Origin: a virus
Reading direction: 5' to 3' (one strand)
DNA length: 64,000 nt
IMG/VR virus record: IMGVR_UViG_3300034190_002401
Location: 1 to 64,000 of that record
Part shown: piece by piece, positions 20,741 to 30,429 of the stretch
Numbering within the stretch: the stretch's first letter is position 1
How the letters are laid out: every line of letters starts with the position of its first letter
The notes under the pieces: generated by a model
What the model was told of the DNA's origin: nothing
The model's database searches: none
What the model saw: the letters and a program-made list of their open reading frames with translations, nothing else
Made by a program: the position numbers and the translations under genes

Positions 20741-23700
20741 CTAAACTGTTGTTGCTTCTTTATCTGGACCTGAATCTTCGTTTTTGATACCCTTATCCTT
20801 CTTTTGTTGTCGCTTCATATGTGGATACGGCTTTTCATCATCTTCTGTGGGTCTTGCCCTCATATCATAGTCAGGCAAGGTCTGCTCCCCATCTAGGGTT
20901 GTTGGTCCTCTAGGACTTTCTACACTACCACCTAGTTCTATTCCTAGTCCCTTTCCACCACTCATTGGAAAATGTCCCTTCTCTAGAACATCCAGAACCC
21001 TTACCATAACACCGATGGCTTTCTCCATCTGCGGTTTGAGCAGTTGGTTCTTTTCTGCTAAGGTCTTGGCCTTGTCCTGTACTTTCTTCTCAGGTATGGG
21101 TCTTTTCTCGACCTTGCCCTTGAGCATCATGCTAGCGACCTGAGACCAAAATGGTTTGAGACTGTCAGACAATCTGATTGAGTAGTCTGACTCACCGAAC
21201 TCCGAGAGGAGTGTGCGTGGTGAGTGTACCCAATATCCCAAGTCTGATTTTTCCAATGTGTAGAATACGTCGTTGTGAATGCACGTCTTGACAATCAAGG
21301 TGTTGTCCTCTATATCCACGTCATGCGGGAAGTGTAGATTTGGTACGGACTTGGCTAGTATGTTGAGTGTCTCCATGCTGACGCTGGACTCACCCTCTCC
21401 CTCACCCACTATCTTTACTGGATTCAAGTCGTATACTTCTCTCCCATTGATTTTCTTTCTCTTGATGCCGGTGACCTCGACCTCGACTATGTCACCCTCT
21501 TCAAATGATTTAGGGCTAGATACCGTCCCTACGTCTAGATACACCTCCCCCTCGTAGTCTACTGTGGCATTCTCTATTCCCTCATCGTCAATCAGAGGTC
21601 CTGCGCCTAGCCTGTACGTGATGCTCTTCTTGCCTCTCTTATCGAGAATCCTGAGGTTGACATTCTTGTTGGGTCTGAGTAGAACCCACTTCGGGTGTCT
21701 TTTCTCTCCCTTCATGTATGTGCTTTTACCGTCTCTGATGAGTAGGCAGTCATGTTCCTCAAGAAGTGACTTTACCGTGTCTTCCAGACCATCATCGTCA
21801 GTCATGCGTGTGTCGTGTGGTCCGGGCACAGTGACGTTGTCGTATCCATCGAACTGTCCCCTGAGTATCTTCAATCTCTCTTGAATAGTCATGTCGGTAA
21901 CATCGGTGTCATCGTAGTAGGTGATGTCGATGATGTGCAACTCGTCATCTGAGAGTATACCGTCCAAGGTGCAGTCCTTCTTTCCGAGATTATTGACACC
22001 ATCCTTGACCCAATCAGGAATGCTCATTCTTGAGTTATGCTCGTTGTACGCTGATACCTTGTCGTTTAACTTCATGACTACGACCCTCTCTCCCTCATAC
22101 CACTTGGATACCACCCAAGAGCCAGTGAAACCCCTGAGTTGCTCCATGTCCTTGAAGTTGAATATCCTGTGCATGGGTCGTATCGGTGGTACGAAGTTCG
22201 GTGTGTCATCCCCTTTCAGCATCAGTGAGTCTGGGTTGAGAAGGAAGGCTGCGTAGTCCGACGGCTCGCTGGTTGTTATAGAGAAAGGCTGAGTTGCTGG
22301 GACAGTACCGTCTGGATAGGACATGAACTGATTAGCACCAGTCATAGAGATGTTCTGGTCATCGAGGTTCTGGACTGCTGATGCAACTTCTCCCCCGAAG
22401 TGCCGTTGAATGATTGACATGGGTACTGCGTGCATAGGTTGGGGAGCGGCTGTCGGTCCTGACGTGAGTTCACCGAAGGTAGCATCGAAGGACTCGGCTG
22501 GTTTCCTGAGTCTGTGATTGCTGTGGTCCATAAGTCCTGAATACCCATAGATGTCCATGACGGGTGAGCCTTGTACTCCTATAGGGTGCAAATCCCTTGC
22601 TCCGAATCCTATGGTCTCACTCTCAATCATAGCAGGTGACGATGACAGGTCGAAGTTGGGGTCATGCACGAAGAGGTCCTTACTCGCATGTTGGATGTAG
22701 TCTGCTCTTCTTTTCAAATCACCACCCTCTGCTTGACCACTTCGTCGTGCTTTGATTGGTTTATTGGAGAGCAGAGAGCGTCTTTCCTTACCCCTACCTA
22801 TCTCAGGGGCTGCGAAGTACGTCAGACCTAGATTGTCCTGAACCTCCTTGGGAAGGCTGTTGACCTGACCCCTGAGTCCTCTTATCTGTGATTCTATGCG
22901 CTTTGTGTATCCAAGCCTTTCATCTCTGGAATGTTTGTACTTCTTCTCGTACTCCTCGTCGGAGAGCGTTTGGTCTCTAGAAGAAGCGAATAATTTACCA
23001 GCATGGTCGTGCATGTGTTCTATATCATCGTACCCTAAGAACATCCGTTGGTCCTTTCCTGCGTATAACTCAGGTGGGTTTGTAGTCATGGAGTTGAGGG
23101 ACATCAGTACCCTGTGGTCATCCTCGTTGTTCGGGTCGAGTGATGCCTTTATCGAGTCCAGCACGTTTCCGTAGTGCGCTGAGTGATTACCATCCTCACC
23201 CATGCCTAGGTGTTTCACTAGGTCGTCTAGGGTTGTTTTCGAGTCTACTCTGAATCCGTGCTCTCGCATGTGCTCTGGTAGTCTGTGTAGGCCAGTCCTC
23301 TGCAATGGCGTTTCTATTTTATCTAAACCATGCTCCATCACCTTGAGGTTGTTTGTCCAAGTCTCACCGTTGGGTAGTTCTATCTCCGCTCCCCTCGGTA
23401 GGTGCATCAAGACCATGTTGGCATCCCTGAACAGGCCGTCAATCTCCGCATCCAAGTTGGGGTTGTCAGGGCTGAACGTGCCCTCTGGTTTGAGTTGCCT
23501 GAGAACCATCGCCATCTGTTCTATTGCTTTATGATGGGATTGTATCCTACTCATGTGCTGTCTCATGAGCGTACCTCCCATTCTGTCCTCTAGACCAAAG
23601 TGTGTTAGGAACTCCTCAACCGCCTCATCGTCTCCTGTCCTAGCACCGAATGACGGGAGATTCAACTTGAGGCTGGCTGGTGTCAAACCGAGCATACCAA

Positions 23701-26233
23701 CGGGTCTCCCATCAGTTCCTCTTCCCATCATGGTTGCTATGGAATGAGACCAGAGATGCTGGAACTTGGAAACTTGGTCTGGGTCTATCTTCTCCTCGTA
23801 ACTATCCTGCACGTTTTCCCCTGTCGGTAACTCCTCACCCACTCCTATGGTTGATGCTAGGTTCGTAGCGCCTATGTCTGCCTCTTTCTTGACTGACCTC
23901 TTGTACCCCTTGCCGTGCGGTATTCTTGAGTTGGTAGCACCTGAAGAGTACTGAGGTTTATTGATTCTGTAGTTCTTATTGTACTTCTCCACTAATTCCT
24001 CATCTGTCATTCTGGATATGACGTTGACCAGACCGGGTGATAGATGTGACAGGTTTGCCAGAATCTGGTTCTTCGGGGTTGTACCCTTTATCCCATTAAC
24101 CTGAGACTGTCCGTACTTAGATAGTATATTTGCTGGGGTGTTGAAGACACCACGCTTGTGATTGAGGAAAGGTGCAATCATTCCTATGTTGAACTCATTG
24201 GGTGTTATGCGCTCACCATCTACCATCCCTAGATGACTCTCACCCTCTGCGTTTGAGAAGTGCCTGAAAATCATCTCCATCAACGTGTGTGGGTTTCTAC
24301 CAAGACCACCAGCAGCGAAGGCCGGAGCGAAGAAAGCACCTAGGCCGTAGTGACCTGTGCTATCGGGAATCCTCAGGTCCTGCATGACCTCGGCCATCTC
24401 CGGGTCAATCTCGGACTCATCGAAGTACAGACCTCCATGTAGGAGCATGTCGTTGCGTATGTCCTTGGCATCCTTGCCTAGGTCTCCTTGGGACTTGGCT
24501 TTGGCGAGCACCGACATGAGCGTGTCCCTGTCGAGCAGAGGACCTGAGAAGTTGGGATAGTGATGGTTGTCATCCTCGCTCATCTCAGTCATGTCCTCGT
24601 TGTATCCCAATGCGTAGAGAATCTCCTTCTTGGATAGCCTATCTCCGTGACCTGTCCCTATTATGTCGTTGATGGACTTGTCATAGTGAGAGGCTATGGC
24701 ATCCTCCTCGGATGCACCCTTGTTCTTCTTCTGGTATCCCTTGATTGACCTATCACTGTGCTTCGACAACTTGGGTAGGTGGTTGAACTCCTTGTGTGCC
24801 TTGCCGGTCTCCTTGTGGAAATGACCATCCTTGTCAAGGCCGTTCTCATCATTGGCTTTGACGAACTCCAGACCCAGAGCCTCTCTGAGATTGTTGTGTA
24901 TGGTATCCCTATGCTCGAAATCGTCATCATGTACTATATCGTGAAGCGCTGCGAAGAACTCGTCTTTCTGGTTGTCAGAGAGTTGCTCTTCGTTGTTCTC
25001 CTTATGGGGTATGACGTTCTCATTCGTGAAACCATGCTGCCTGCCACCCCAGTTGGACATCGCATTGAGTATGTGCTGTGTTGACCTCTTTATCCTCCCA
25101 GCGGATACCGTAGTGCCGTCTGGTAGTTTGATGTCTTGGTTTCCCACCTTGTCCAACCCATCCTGCATCTTGTTCATTATCGCTGTCCTCTCTCTGGGGG
25201 AGAACCACTGTAGTTGGTGTATGAAACCACCAAGACCCAGATTGTATCCGTGGTCGATAGTCTCCGCTGGTGGCATCTTGCCTTCCTTGTCTGCTAGTGC
25301 GTAGTCGAAGGGTTGCTCCTTGACCTCGGTATCCACGTGCTTGTGATTCCAACTCCTAGCCCTGTCGTCTGCGTGTAGTTTCCTGAGAGCCAGTTCCTCC
25401 TGCGAGTGGAAATGACCTTCTGGTATCTCGTCTGACAGCCCCTCTGCTCTGGCATCTGCGATAGAGCCTGTCCTCCAAGACCCGTCGTGGTCCACCTCAC
25501 CAGTCTCAGGGTTGATGCTCTTCCATTCCTCGTCACCACTGAGCCAGCGCTGGTAGTCCCTCTCGTACACGTCATGCATGGTCTTGAGCGATACGTCCTT
25601 CAAACCACCAAGAGGACCGAGACCGTGGAAGTTCCTGACTGTGTTGCCCTCTAGGTCCAACTTCTGCATTCCCTTGTGGTGTGGGCTGCCCTTCTTCCTG
25701 AGCATCTTGTCTTGCGCATGCTCCACAGCCGCTGATATCTTTCCGTGGGTCTTGTGGTTGGTGAGCGTGGGTAGCATCTGCCTGACCATCAAATCGTCCC
25801 TGACTGAGCGCCCTGATGGTAGCATTCTCTTCGATGGGTCGTAGAAACTGCTGAAGGGGTTGGACTTCGAGTCACCGTAGGGTGCTAGACCAATATCTGC
25901 GACCTCAAGGTCGTGATGGTGCGAAGTCCCTCTTCTCTTGACCCTGCCTCTCCAAGGTTGAGTCTTGGAGAGATGCTGCTGGTTCTGCTCGGCTTGCATG
26001 GCTAGGAATTGCTGTTTCGGTATGTATCCTTTACCACTGTAAGTCATTTTTCTGACGAAGGAGTTGCATATGTTCTCCTTCCAAGTAATGTCATTGGTGA
26101 AGCCATCCTGCTCCATCACCGCTTTGGCGATGACGTACTCCTCTATACTCTCATCTACGTCTAATCCGTCTAGAATACTAAGCAGGAGTTGTTCTCTTGC
26201 CTTCACGAACGTGGATACTGAGTCTTCATACAC
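20741..26233 (-). CDS. 1830-aa head-module protein with degenerate ATP-dependent DNA-ligase-like domain
   Basis: SKWYEGER, LDGIL, IIDITYYD..ERLKIL, LLIRDGKSTY..KWVLLR and an OB-like region; catalytic residues altered. Confidence 0.7.
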   Translation of the reverse strand: MYEDSVSTFVKAREQLLLSILDGLDVDESIEEYVIAKAVMEQDGFTNDITWKENICNSFVRKMTYSGKGYIPKQQFLAMQAEQNQQHLSKTQPWRGRVKRRGTSHHHDLEVADIGLAPYGDSKSNPFSSFYDPSKRMLPSGRSVRDDLMVRQMLPTLTNHKTHGKISAAVEHAQDKMLRKKGSPHHKGMQKLDLEGNTVRNFHGLGPLGGLKDVSLKTMHDVYERDYQRWLSGDEEWKSINPETGEVDHDGSWRTGSIADARAEGLSDEIPEGHFHSQEELALRKLHADDRARSWNHKHVDTEVKEQPFDYALADKEGKMPPAETIDHGYNLGLGGFIHQLQWFSPRERTAIMNKMQDGLDKVGNQDIKLPDGTTVSAGRIKRSTQHILNAMSNWGGRQHGFTNENVIPHKENNEEQLSDNQKDEFFAALHDIVHDDDFEHRDTIHNNLREALGLEFVKANDENGLDKDGHFHKETGKAHKEFNHLPKLSKHSDRSIKGYQKKNKGASEEDAIASHYDKSINDIIGTGHGDRLSKKEILYALGYNEDMTEMSEDDNHHYPNFSGPLLDRDTLMSVLAKAKSQGDLGKDAKDIRNDMLLHGGLYFDESEIDPEMAEVMQDLRIPDSTGHYGLGAFFAPAFAAGGLGRNPHTLMEMIFRHFSNAEGESHLGMVDGERITPNEFNIGMIAPFLNHKRGVFNTPANILSKYGQSQVNGIKGTTPKNQILANLSHLSPGLVNVISRMTDEELVEKYNKNYRINKPQYSSGATNSRIPHGKGYKRSVKKEADIGATNLASTIGVGEELPTGENVQDSYEEKIDPDQVSKFQHLWSHSIATMMGRGTDGRPVGMLGLTPASLKLNLPSFGARTGDDEAVEEFLTHFGLEDRMGGTLMRQHMSRIQSHHKAIEQMAMVLRQLKPEGTFSPDNPNLDAEIDGLFRDANMVLMHLPRGAEIELPNGETWTNNLKVMEHGLDKIETPLQRTGLHRLPEHMREHGFRVDSKTTLDDLVKHLGMGEDGNHSAHYGNVLDSIKASLDPNNEDDHRVLMSLNSMTTNPPELYAGKDQRMFLGYDDIEHMHDHAGKLFASSRDQTLSDEEYEKKYKHSRDERLGYTKRIESQIRGLRGQVNSLPKEVQDNLGLTYFAAPEIGRGKERRSLLSNKPIKARRSGQAEGGDLKRRADYIQHASKDLFVHDPNFDLSSSPAMIESETIGFGARDLHPIGVQGSPVMDIYGYSGLMDHSNHRLRKPAESFDATFGELTSGPTAAPQPMHAVPMSIIQRHFGGEVASAVQNLDDQNISMTGANQFMSYPDGTVPATQPFSITTSEPSDYAAFLLNPDSLMLKGDDTPNFVPPIRPMHRIFNFKDMEQLRGFTGSWVVSKWYEGERVVVMKLNDKVSAYNEHNSRMSIPDWVKDGVNNLGKKDCTLDGILSDDELHIIDITYYDDTDVTDMTIQERLKILRGQFDGYDNVTVPGPHDTRMTDDDGLEDTVKSLLEEHDCLLIRDGKSTYMKGEKRHPKWVLLRPNKNVNLRILDKRGKKSITYRLGAGPLIDDEGIENATVDYEGEVYLDVGTVSSPKSFEEGDIVEVEVTGIKRKKINGREVYDLNPVKIVGEGEGESSVSMETLNILAKSVPNLHFPHDVDIEDNTLIVKTCIHNDVFYTLEKSDLGYWVHSPRTLLSEFGESDYSIRLSDSLKPFWSQVASMMLKGKVEKRPIPEKKVQDKAKTLAEKNQLLKPQMEKAIGVMVRVLDVLEKGHFPMSGGKGLGIELGGSVESPRGPTTLDGEQTLPDYDMRARPTEDDEKPYPHMKRQQKKDKGIKNEDSGPDKEATTV

Positions 26234-26243
26234 ACGTTACCAC

Positions 26244-26711
26244 CTAGTCTCTATCTGGTTGTTTGTTGTCTGTGGAAACGTCACGGTCTTGGTCTCCGCT
26301 TTGATGTGCATTCATCCTCTTTGCAAGTTCTTCGACATTGAAGGAACTGGAAGTTGCACCTTTGTTGGCTACGTCCTCCACCTCTAGTAGATGTCCGTTG
26401 GTCGAGTACCCTGCGCTCTTAGTCTGCCCACCAGTCTCTGATACGAAATGCATGCCTTCTGGTTTTGTGGAGAAAGTCTGTTCGTAGTGAGGTTGAGCAG
26501 ATTTGTTGACTTTACCGTGAACCTTATCGCACTGTGCCTTCTCCTTCGCTGAACACTCAGAGTATTTCTTGCCAAAGTTCTTCATACAATACTTATCTTT
26601 TTCAGCCATGGAAGCCTTCTCTATGGCATCTGCTTTCTTTGCTAAATACTGTGCTTTCTTCAATAGTGCTTCTGCCTCACTGGAAACTTTTTCATATCTC
26701 GGTCTCATCAT
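26244..26711 (-). CDS. Hypothetical head-module protein
   Basis: 155 aa; small C-C-C-H module between IEKA and VNKS. Confidence 0.6.
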   Translation of the reverse strand: MMRPRYEKVSSEAEALLKKAQYLAKKADAIEKASMAEKDKYCMKNFGKKYSECSAKEKAQCDKVHGKVNKSAQPHYEQTFSTKPEGMHFVSETGGQTKSAGYSTNGHLLEVEDVANKGATSSSFNVEELAKRMNAHQSGDQDRDVSTDNKQPDRD

Positions 26712-27058
26712 AATACCTCCACGTTCTTGGTGCTGTCTGCCAAATCGTGAATGTCATCCCAAGACATCTGGTGTACGTCTTCGTTGCTCATCACACCAAT
26801 ATCTACTCTTTTGCCTTTCAGTAGAGTAGCCTCTCCCATATCTAGGTCTGCTCTGAAATTATCATTTTCTACATCCTCAGAGAGAGGTGTGTTGACTGAT
26901 ATGAAACCTGCTCTCTTGAGTAGGTTTCCGGGTCGTTGAATCATTTTCTTGAGTTCTATGTTCTCTTGTTTCAAACTATCGAGAGAACGGTCCATGGACT
27001 CCATCTTGTTGATTAGAGCATTCATTAACCGCTCTGTTCCACTCTCTTCGGTTGTCAC
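26708..27058 (-). CDS. Scaffold-like protein
   Basis: N-terminal coiled coil; C-terminal MSWDDIHDLADS matches the scaffold end MSWDEVHNLANS. Confidence 0.6.
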   Translation of the reverse strand: MTTEESGTERLMNALINKMESMDRSLDSLKQENIELKKMIQRPGNLLKRAGFISVNTPLSEDVENDNFRADLDMGEATLLKGKRVDIGVMSNEDVHQMSWDDIHDLADSTKNVEVL

Positions 27059-27067
27059 AGTTAATCC

Positions 27068-27424
27068 TCACTCTGGTCTGTATGCTCTTCCGAAAGTACC
27101 AGTGTGGGGTCTCATCCTGCTGTTGCTTCGTGCAGAAATGACTGTGCCCGGCAACTGACTGTCTCTTTGATTGACATCGAAATTAGTGCCTCTCTCATTG
27201 AACTTCATAGGTGCTACACCATTTACGTATTCGGAAAGCGGGTTATCCGCTTTGGTTAGTTTGACACTTAGGTCCTCGTGCAGGTATCCACCGAACTTCA
27301 GCATCTCCTCTAGATGTTGTTTCGCATCATCTGCGTTTCCATTTTCAAAAGCCTTGGTGAAGGCTTCTGCATGCACGTTTAACTTCCTAGCCATCGGGTC
27401 TAACTTCAATAGGTCCATACTCAC
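27068..27424 (-). CDS. Hypothetical protein
   Basis: 118 aa with TAATTAAAGGAAC TATA-like element upstream. Confidence 0.65.
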   Translation of the reverse strand: MSMDLLKLDPMARKLNVHAEAFTKAFENGNADDAKQHLEEMLKFGGYLHEDLSVKLTKADNPLSEYVNGVAPMKFNERGTNFDVNQRDSQLPGTVISARSNSRMRPHTGTFGRAYRPE

Positions 27425-27459
27425 TCGTGCCCTCCGAAGTGTTGTTCCTTTAATTATCC

Positions 27460-29208
27460 TTATGCACCACGAGGGCGTTTTGCGTCTGAAATGCCACGTT
27501 GTGCTCTCTGAACGGGAGTTTGTTGTGGTCCTCTCTGTTGAACGTTGGAAAACGGTGAACCTGCTCCTGCTGTGGCTCTTTGTTCAGGCCTTGCTGGTGG
27601 TGCGTTTCTGATACCCATACCTTCACCACCGGGATTTGCTATTCCGGGCGGCATACCCTGTACTCTCTGCATGACTCCGGGCGGCATTGCCCCTCCCGGT
27701 GGCATTCCGGGTGGCATTCCGGGTGGCATTCCGGGTGGCATTCCGGGTGGCATCATAGGCATACCACCACCTCCGGGTGGCATTCCCTGTCCTTCCATCG
27801 GGTCTATCTTCTTGTATACGAAGCGAATGTCCCTCTCTCCTTCTTCGAGTAGTTCGGGTTTGTAGCCGAGCATCATCATTCGTTGTGCTAGGTTGGCTTC
27901 CATCTCGTCTCTCCTGAGTCTGGTTATCTCGTCTTCTTCCTCGTTCGGGTAGAGAGTCAGTTTCCAGTCGTTGACTCCCATCTCCTTGAGCATACGTGGG
28001 AAGAGAACATCGGTGTATACCTTCTGACCATACTCCACAGCCCGATTGGTAACGAGAATCTGCATACCCTCGTTGTTGAGACCGCCACTCTTACCGTTGT
28101 CAATCATGAAGACTGCTGATACCCCATAGAATGCTGCTATCCTGTTTCTCATTTCGTCACGGACAGCGATGTACTGCATCTCCTCAAGGGTGTCCATGAA
28201 CTTAATCCAATTGACACCCCCTCTTCCACTGGAACTCTCGATACCGACCTTGGGAATGTAGTGAGGGTCTCTCTCCATCTTCTCATCGACTGTCTTCCAG
28301 AAGGATTTCATCGACTCTAGATTGTCGGTCGTGACTGATATGATTCCCTTGGGTGCTCTTCTTTTCTGATAGGATGTGTACATGTAATTGTCCATCGCTG
28401 TGAGTGTCATGGCCTGTCTCCACATCGTGTTGACTGGACTTCTTCCGTAGAGTTTCGAGGGATTGTACTTGCTGACGTGCAGCACCTCGCCCTTGAGGTA
28501 GTACTGACTCTTGCCGCTACCAGCCATGTTGATGTAGTGCACGTCTTCCATCTGCCCACCGCAGACTTGGCAGTCACCCTCTTGACCGGGATAGGACACC
28601 TCTGTCCTGTGCAATGGGCAGACCTTGTACCTGCCACCTCTGACTCCTCTCTTGTCTGATACTATACGCATGAATATGGGGTCGCCACGAATGAGTTCCT
28701 TGACTCTGAAGAACTGTATCTCTCCATCATCTGGGTCAACGTAGTACTCCTTCACTATAATTAGAAATGCGTCGTCAACGACATTGAGGTCTTTCTCTAT
28801 CTCATACAGAACATGCATGAAATCTTGCTCCATCGAGTTCTGCTCCTTGAGAAGCCATCTTGGGTAGACAATCTCGTCTGGGCTTGGTGGTCTTACCGGA
28901 CTTTGACATGATGTGCACATCTCTATGTCATGTTGGTATTCCTCGCCGCAGGTGTCACACTTGAATCTGAATCTCTTTTCCCAGAAGTACCCTCTCCTGA
29001 ATATCTCCTGCTGTAGTTTTGACAGGACTGTTCTGAGAATCAGGTTCTCATGTGATACAGCGTACAAGGCTGGGATGGTAATACCCTGTGCCAACACTGG
29101 TTCTTGTATACCAGTGGTATACAGGGGCATTTGTGGTTGAGGGGTGGTTCGCCTCTTGAAGGGGTTCAAAGAGTCTAGGAATCTTCTAACAGGACTCTCA
29201 TCTGCCAT
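27460..29208 (-). CDS. Portal protein with zinc-ribbon insertions and Pro/Gly/Met-rich tail
   Basis: DLNVVDDAF, EVLH..LYGRSP, RNRIAAFYGVS motifs; lies between terminase and protease. Confidence 0.85.
   Translation of the reverse strand: MADESPVRRFLDSLNPFKRRTTPQPQMPLYTTGIQEPVLAQGITIPALYAVSHENLILRTVLSKLQQEIFRRGYFWEKRFRFKCDTCGEEYQHDIEMCTSCQSPVRPPSPDEIVYPRWLLKEQNSMEQDFMHVLYEIEKDLNVVDDAFLIIVKEYYVDPDDGEIQFFRVKELIRGDPIFMRIVSDKRGVRGGRYKVCPLHRTEVSYPGQEGDCQVCGGQMEDVHYINMAGSGKSQYYLKGEVLHVSKYNPSKLYGRSPVNTMWRQAMTLTAMDNYMYTSYQKRRAPKGIISVTTDNLESMKSFWKTVDEKMERDPHYIPKVGIESSSGRGGVNWIKFMDTLEEMQYIAVRDEMRNRIAAFYGVSAVFMIDNGKSGGLNNEGMQILVTNRAVEYGQKVYTDVLFPRMLKEMGVNDWKLTLYPNEEEDEITRLRRDEMEANLAQRMMMLGYKPELLEEGERDIRFVYKKIDPMEGQGMPPGGGGMPMMPPGMPPGMPPGMPPGMPPGGAMPPGVMQRVQGMPPGIANPGGEGMGIRNAPPARPEQRATAGAGSPFSNVQQRGPQQTPVQRAQRGISDAKRPRGA
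27695..27754. repeat. 5 x 12-bp tandem repeat (CCGGGTGGCATT) encoding (MPPG)n
   Basis: Read directly from the sequence. Confidence 0.95.
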
Positions 29209-30346
29209 CTACATCACCCACCTGTTTAGCAGAGTCGTGTAGAGCGTCGTGCTTGAGTGTTTCCATCTTTTCAAGGACATATTCGGCTTGTTGCCTCTTG
29301 GAGGATAGGTATGGTAGCATGTTCTTGAGGATATTAGACACCTCATTGTCCATGCTGAAGATGAGGCGGTGTTGAGTTGTATGTTGTTTCGAGATTTTTC
29401 TATTGAGTTGCAGAGAGCCACCTTGAATCATCTTGTGCAATTGCTCGCAATGCACCTTGCCTCTTTTTCCCGGTGATATGAAACCCAGTGAGACCTCACC
29501 TCGCTCAGAGATTTTGATGAAACCATCCGACTCTAGGAAGTCAGCGGCATATGACCAAGGATTCTTGATGATGATTCCATCGTCATGCATCTTGACGAAT
29601 GTGCCCTTCTTAGGACCGCTGATGATATCGTACTCCTCACCGTACATCGAGAGCAACTTGGACAACTTGCCTGTGGTCATGCTCTTGTGCAAGACCGATT
29701 CATCCAGCATTCTCTCCTGTAGTCTCCTGCTGGAAAGAGCACCTTCTAATTGTAGTATATGTGATGCCTTGATTAGTGTGTCCTGCTCCTTCTGTGTCAG
29801 ACGTTCAGATTGATGTAGAGTGCTTCTCCACATTTTCTTGGCATCGGTTTTGCTCTGCATTGCAGTTGCCCAAGCCTGTGATTCATGTTCTCCCCATACA
29901 TCTGTGAATTGGTCTAGCATCTTCAATGATGAGTCTGCGCTGTCCCATAGATTACAGGCTTGTATGAGACCGACTCTTCGACTCTCACCGAATCTCCTGA
30001 GGCTCTTGAGGTCTCTATCACTAGCACCAAGTTGCTTTATGGTGCTCTCTTTGCCGTTTGCCCAAGATATTCCTTTGAGTGTGGTCTTCACCTCTAGCGC
30101 CTTGAGTGTCCTAACATCGTCAATCAATAGGTCGATGTCGGCCTTTACGTCCTTGTTGTTTCTCCTCATCTTCCTAAGTCTCAATACGAAATCGGAAGCA
30201 CTGCAACCCAGATGAGTCTCGAACCAACCGTTGCCTGTATTGGAGAATGCGTATGAGGGTGTGAACTTCTCCTCTTCCTTCTGTATGGTTTCAGTCTGGA
30301 AGTCTATGTCTTCCTTCAGTATTGCACTATACCAGATTGTCTTCAC
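29198..30346 (-). CDS. Protein with C-terminal LAGLIDADG endonuclease-like domain
   Basis: YAADFLESDGFI resembles YLAGFxDADG; ends LPYLSSKRQQAE. Confidence 0.7.
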   Translation of the reverse strand: MKTIWYSAILKEDIDFQTETIQKEEEKFTPSYAFSNTGNGWFETHLGCSASDFVLRLRKMRRNNKDVKADIDLLIDDVRTLKALEVKTTLKGISWANGKESTIKQLGASDRDLKSLRRFGESRRVGLIQACNLWDSADSSLKMLDQFTDVWGEHESQAWATAMQSKTDAKKMWRSTLHQSERLTQKEQDTLIKASHILQLEGALSSRRLQERMLDESVLHKSMTTGKLSKLLSMYGEEYDIISGPKKGTFVKMHDDGIIIKNPWSYAADFLESDGFIKISERGEVSLGFISPGKRGKVHCEQLHKMIQGGSLQLNRKISKQHTTQHRLIFSMDNEVSNILKNMLPYLSSKRQQAEYVLEKMETLKHDALHDSAKQVGDVDGR

Positions 30347-30419
30347 CCCAGTATGTGTAGAAAACGCCTGTCGTATTGTCTGATATGTTTGTACTGCTGT
30401 TACTCTCGTATTTCGCCAT
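30327..30419 (-). CDS. 30-aa small ORF
   Basis: GAGGTGA-5nt-ATG; MAKYESNSSTNISDNTTGVFYTYWGEDNLV. Confidence 0.5.
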   Translation of the reverse strand: MAKYESNSSTNISDNTTGVFYTYWGEDNLV

Positions 30420-30429
30420 CTCTCTCACC

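Noticed and set aside
21360-22210. Annotation as an active DNA ligase (lig)
   Set aside because: Motifs I, IV and V lack the canonical catalytic residues, so it is kept as ligase-like only
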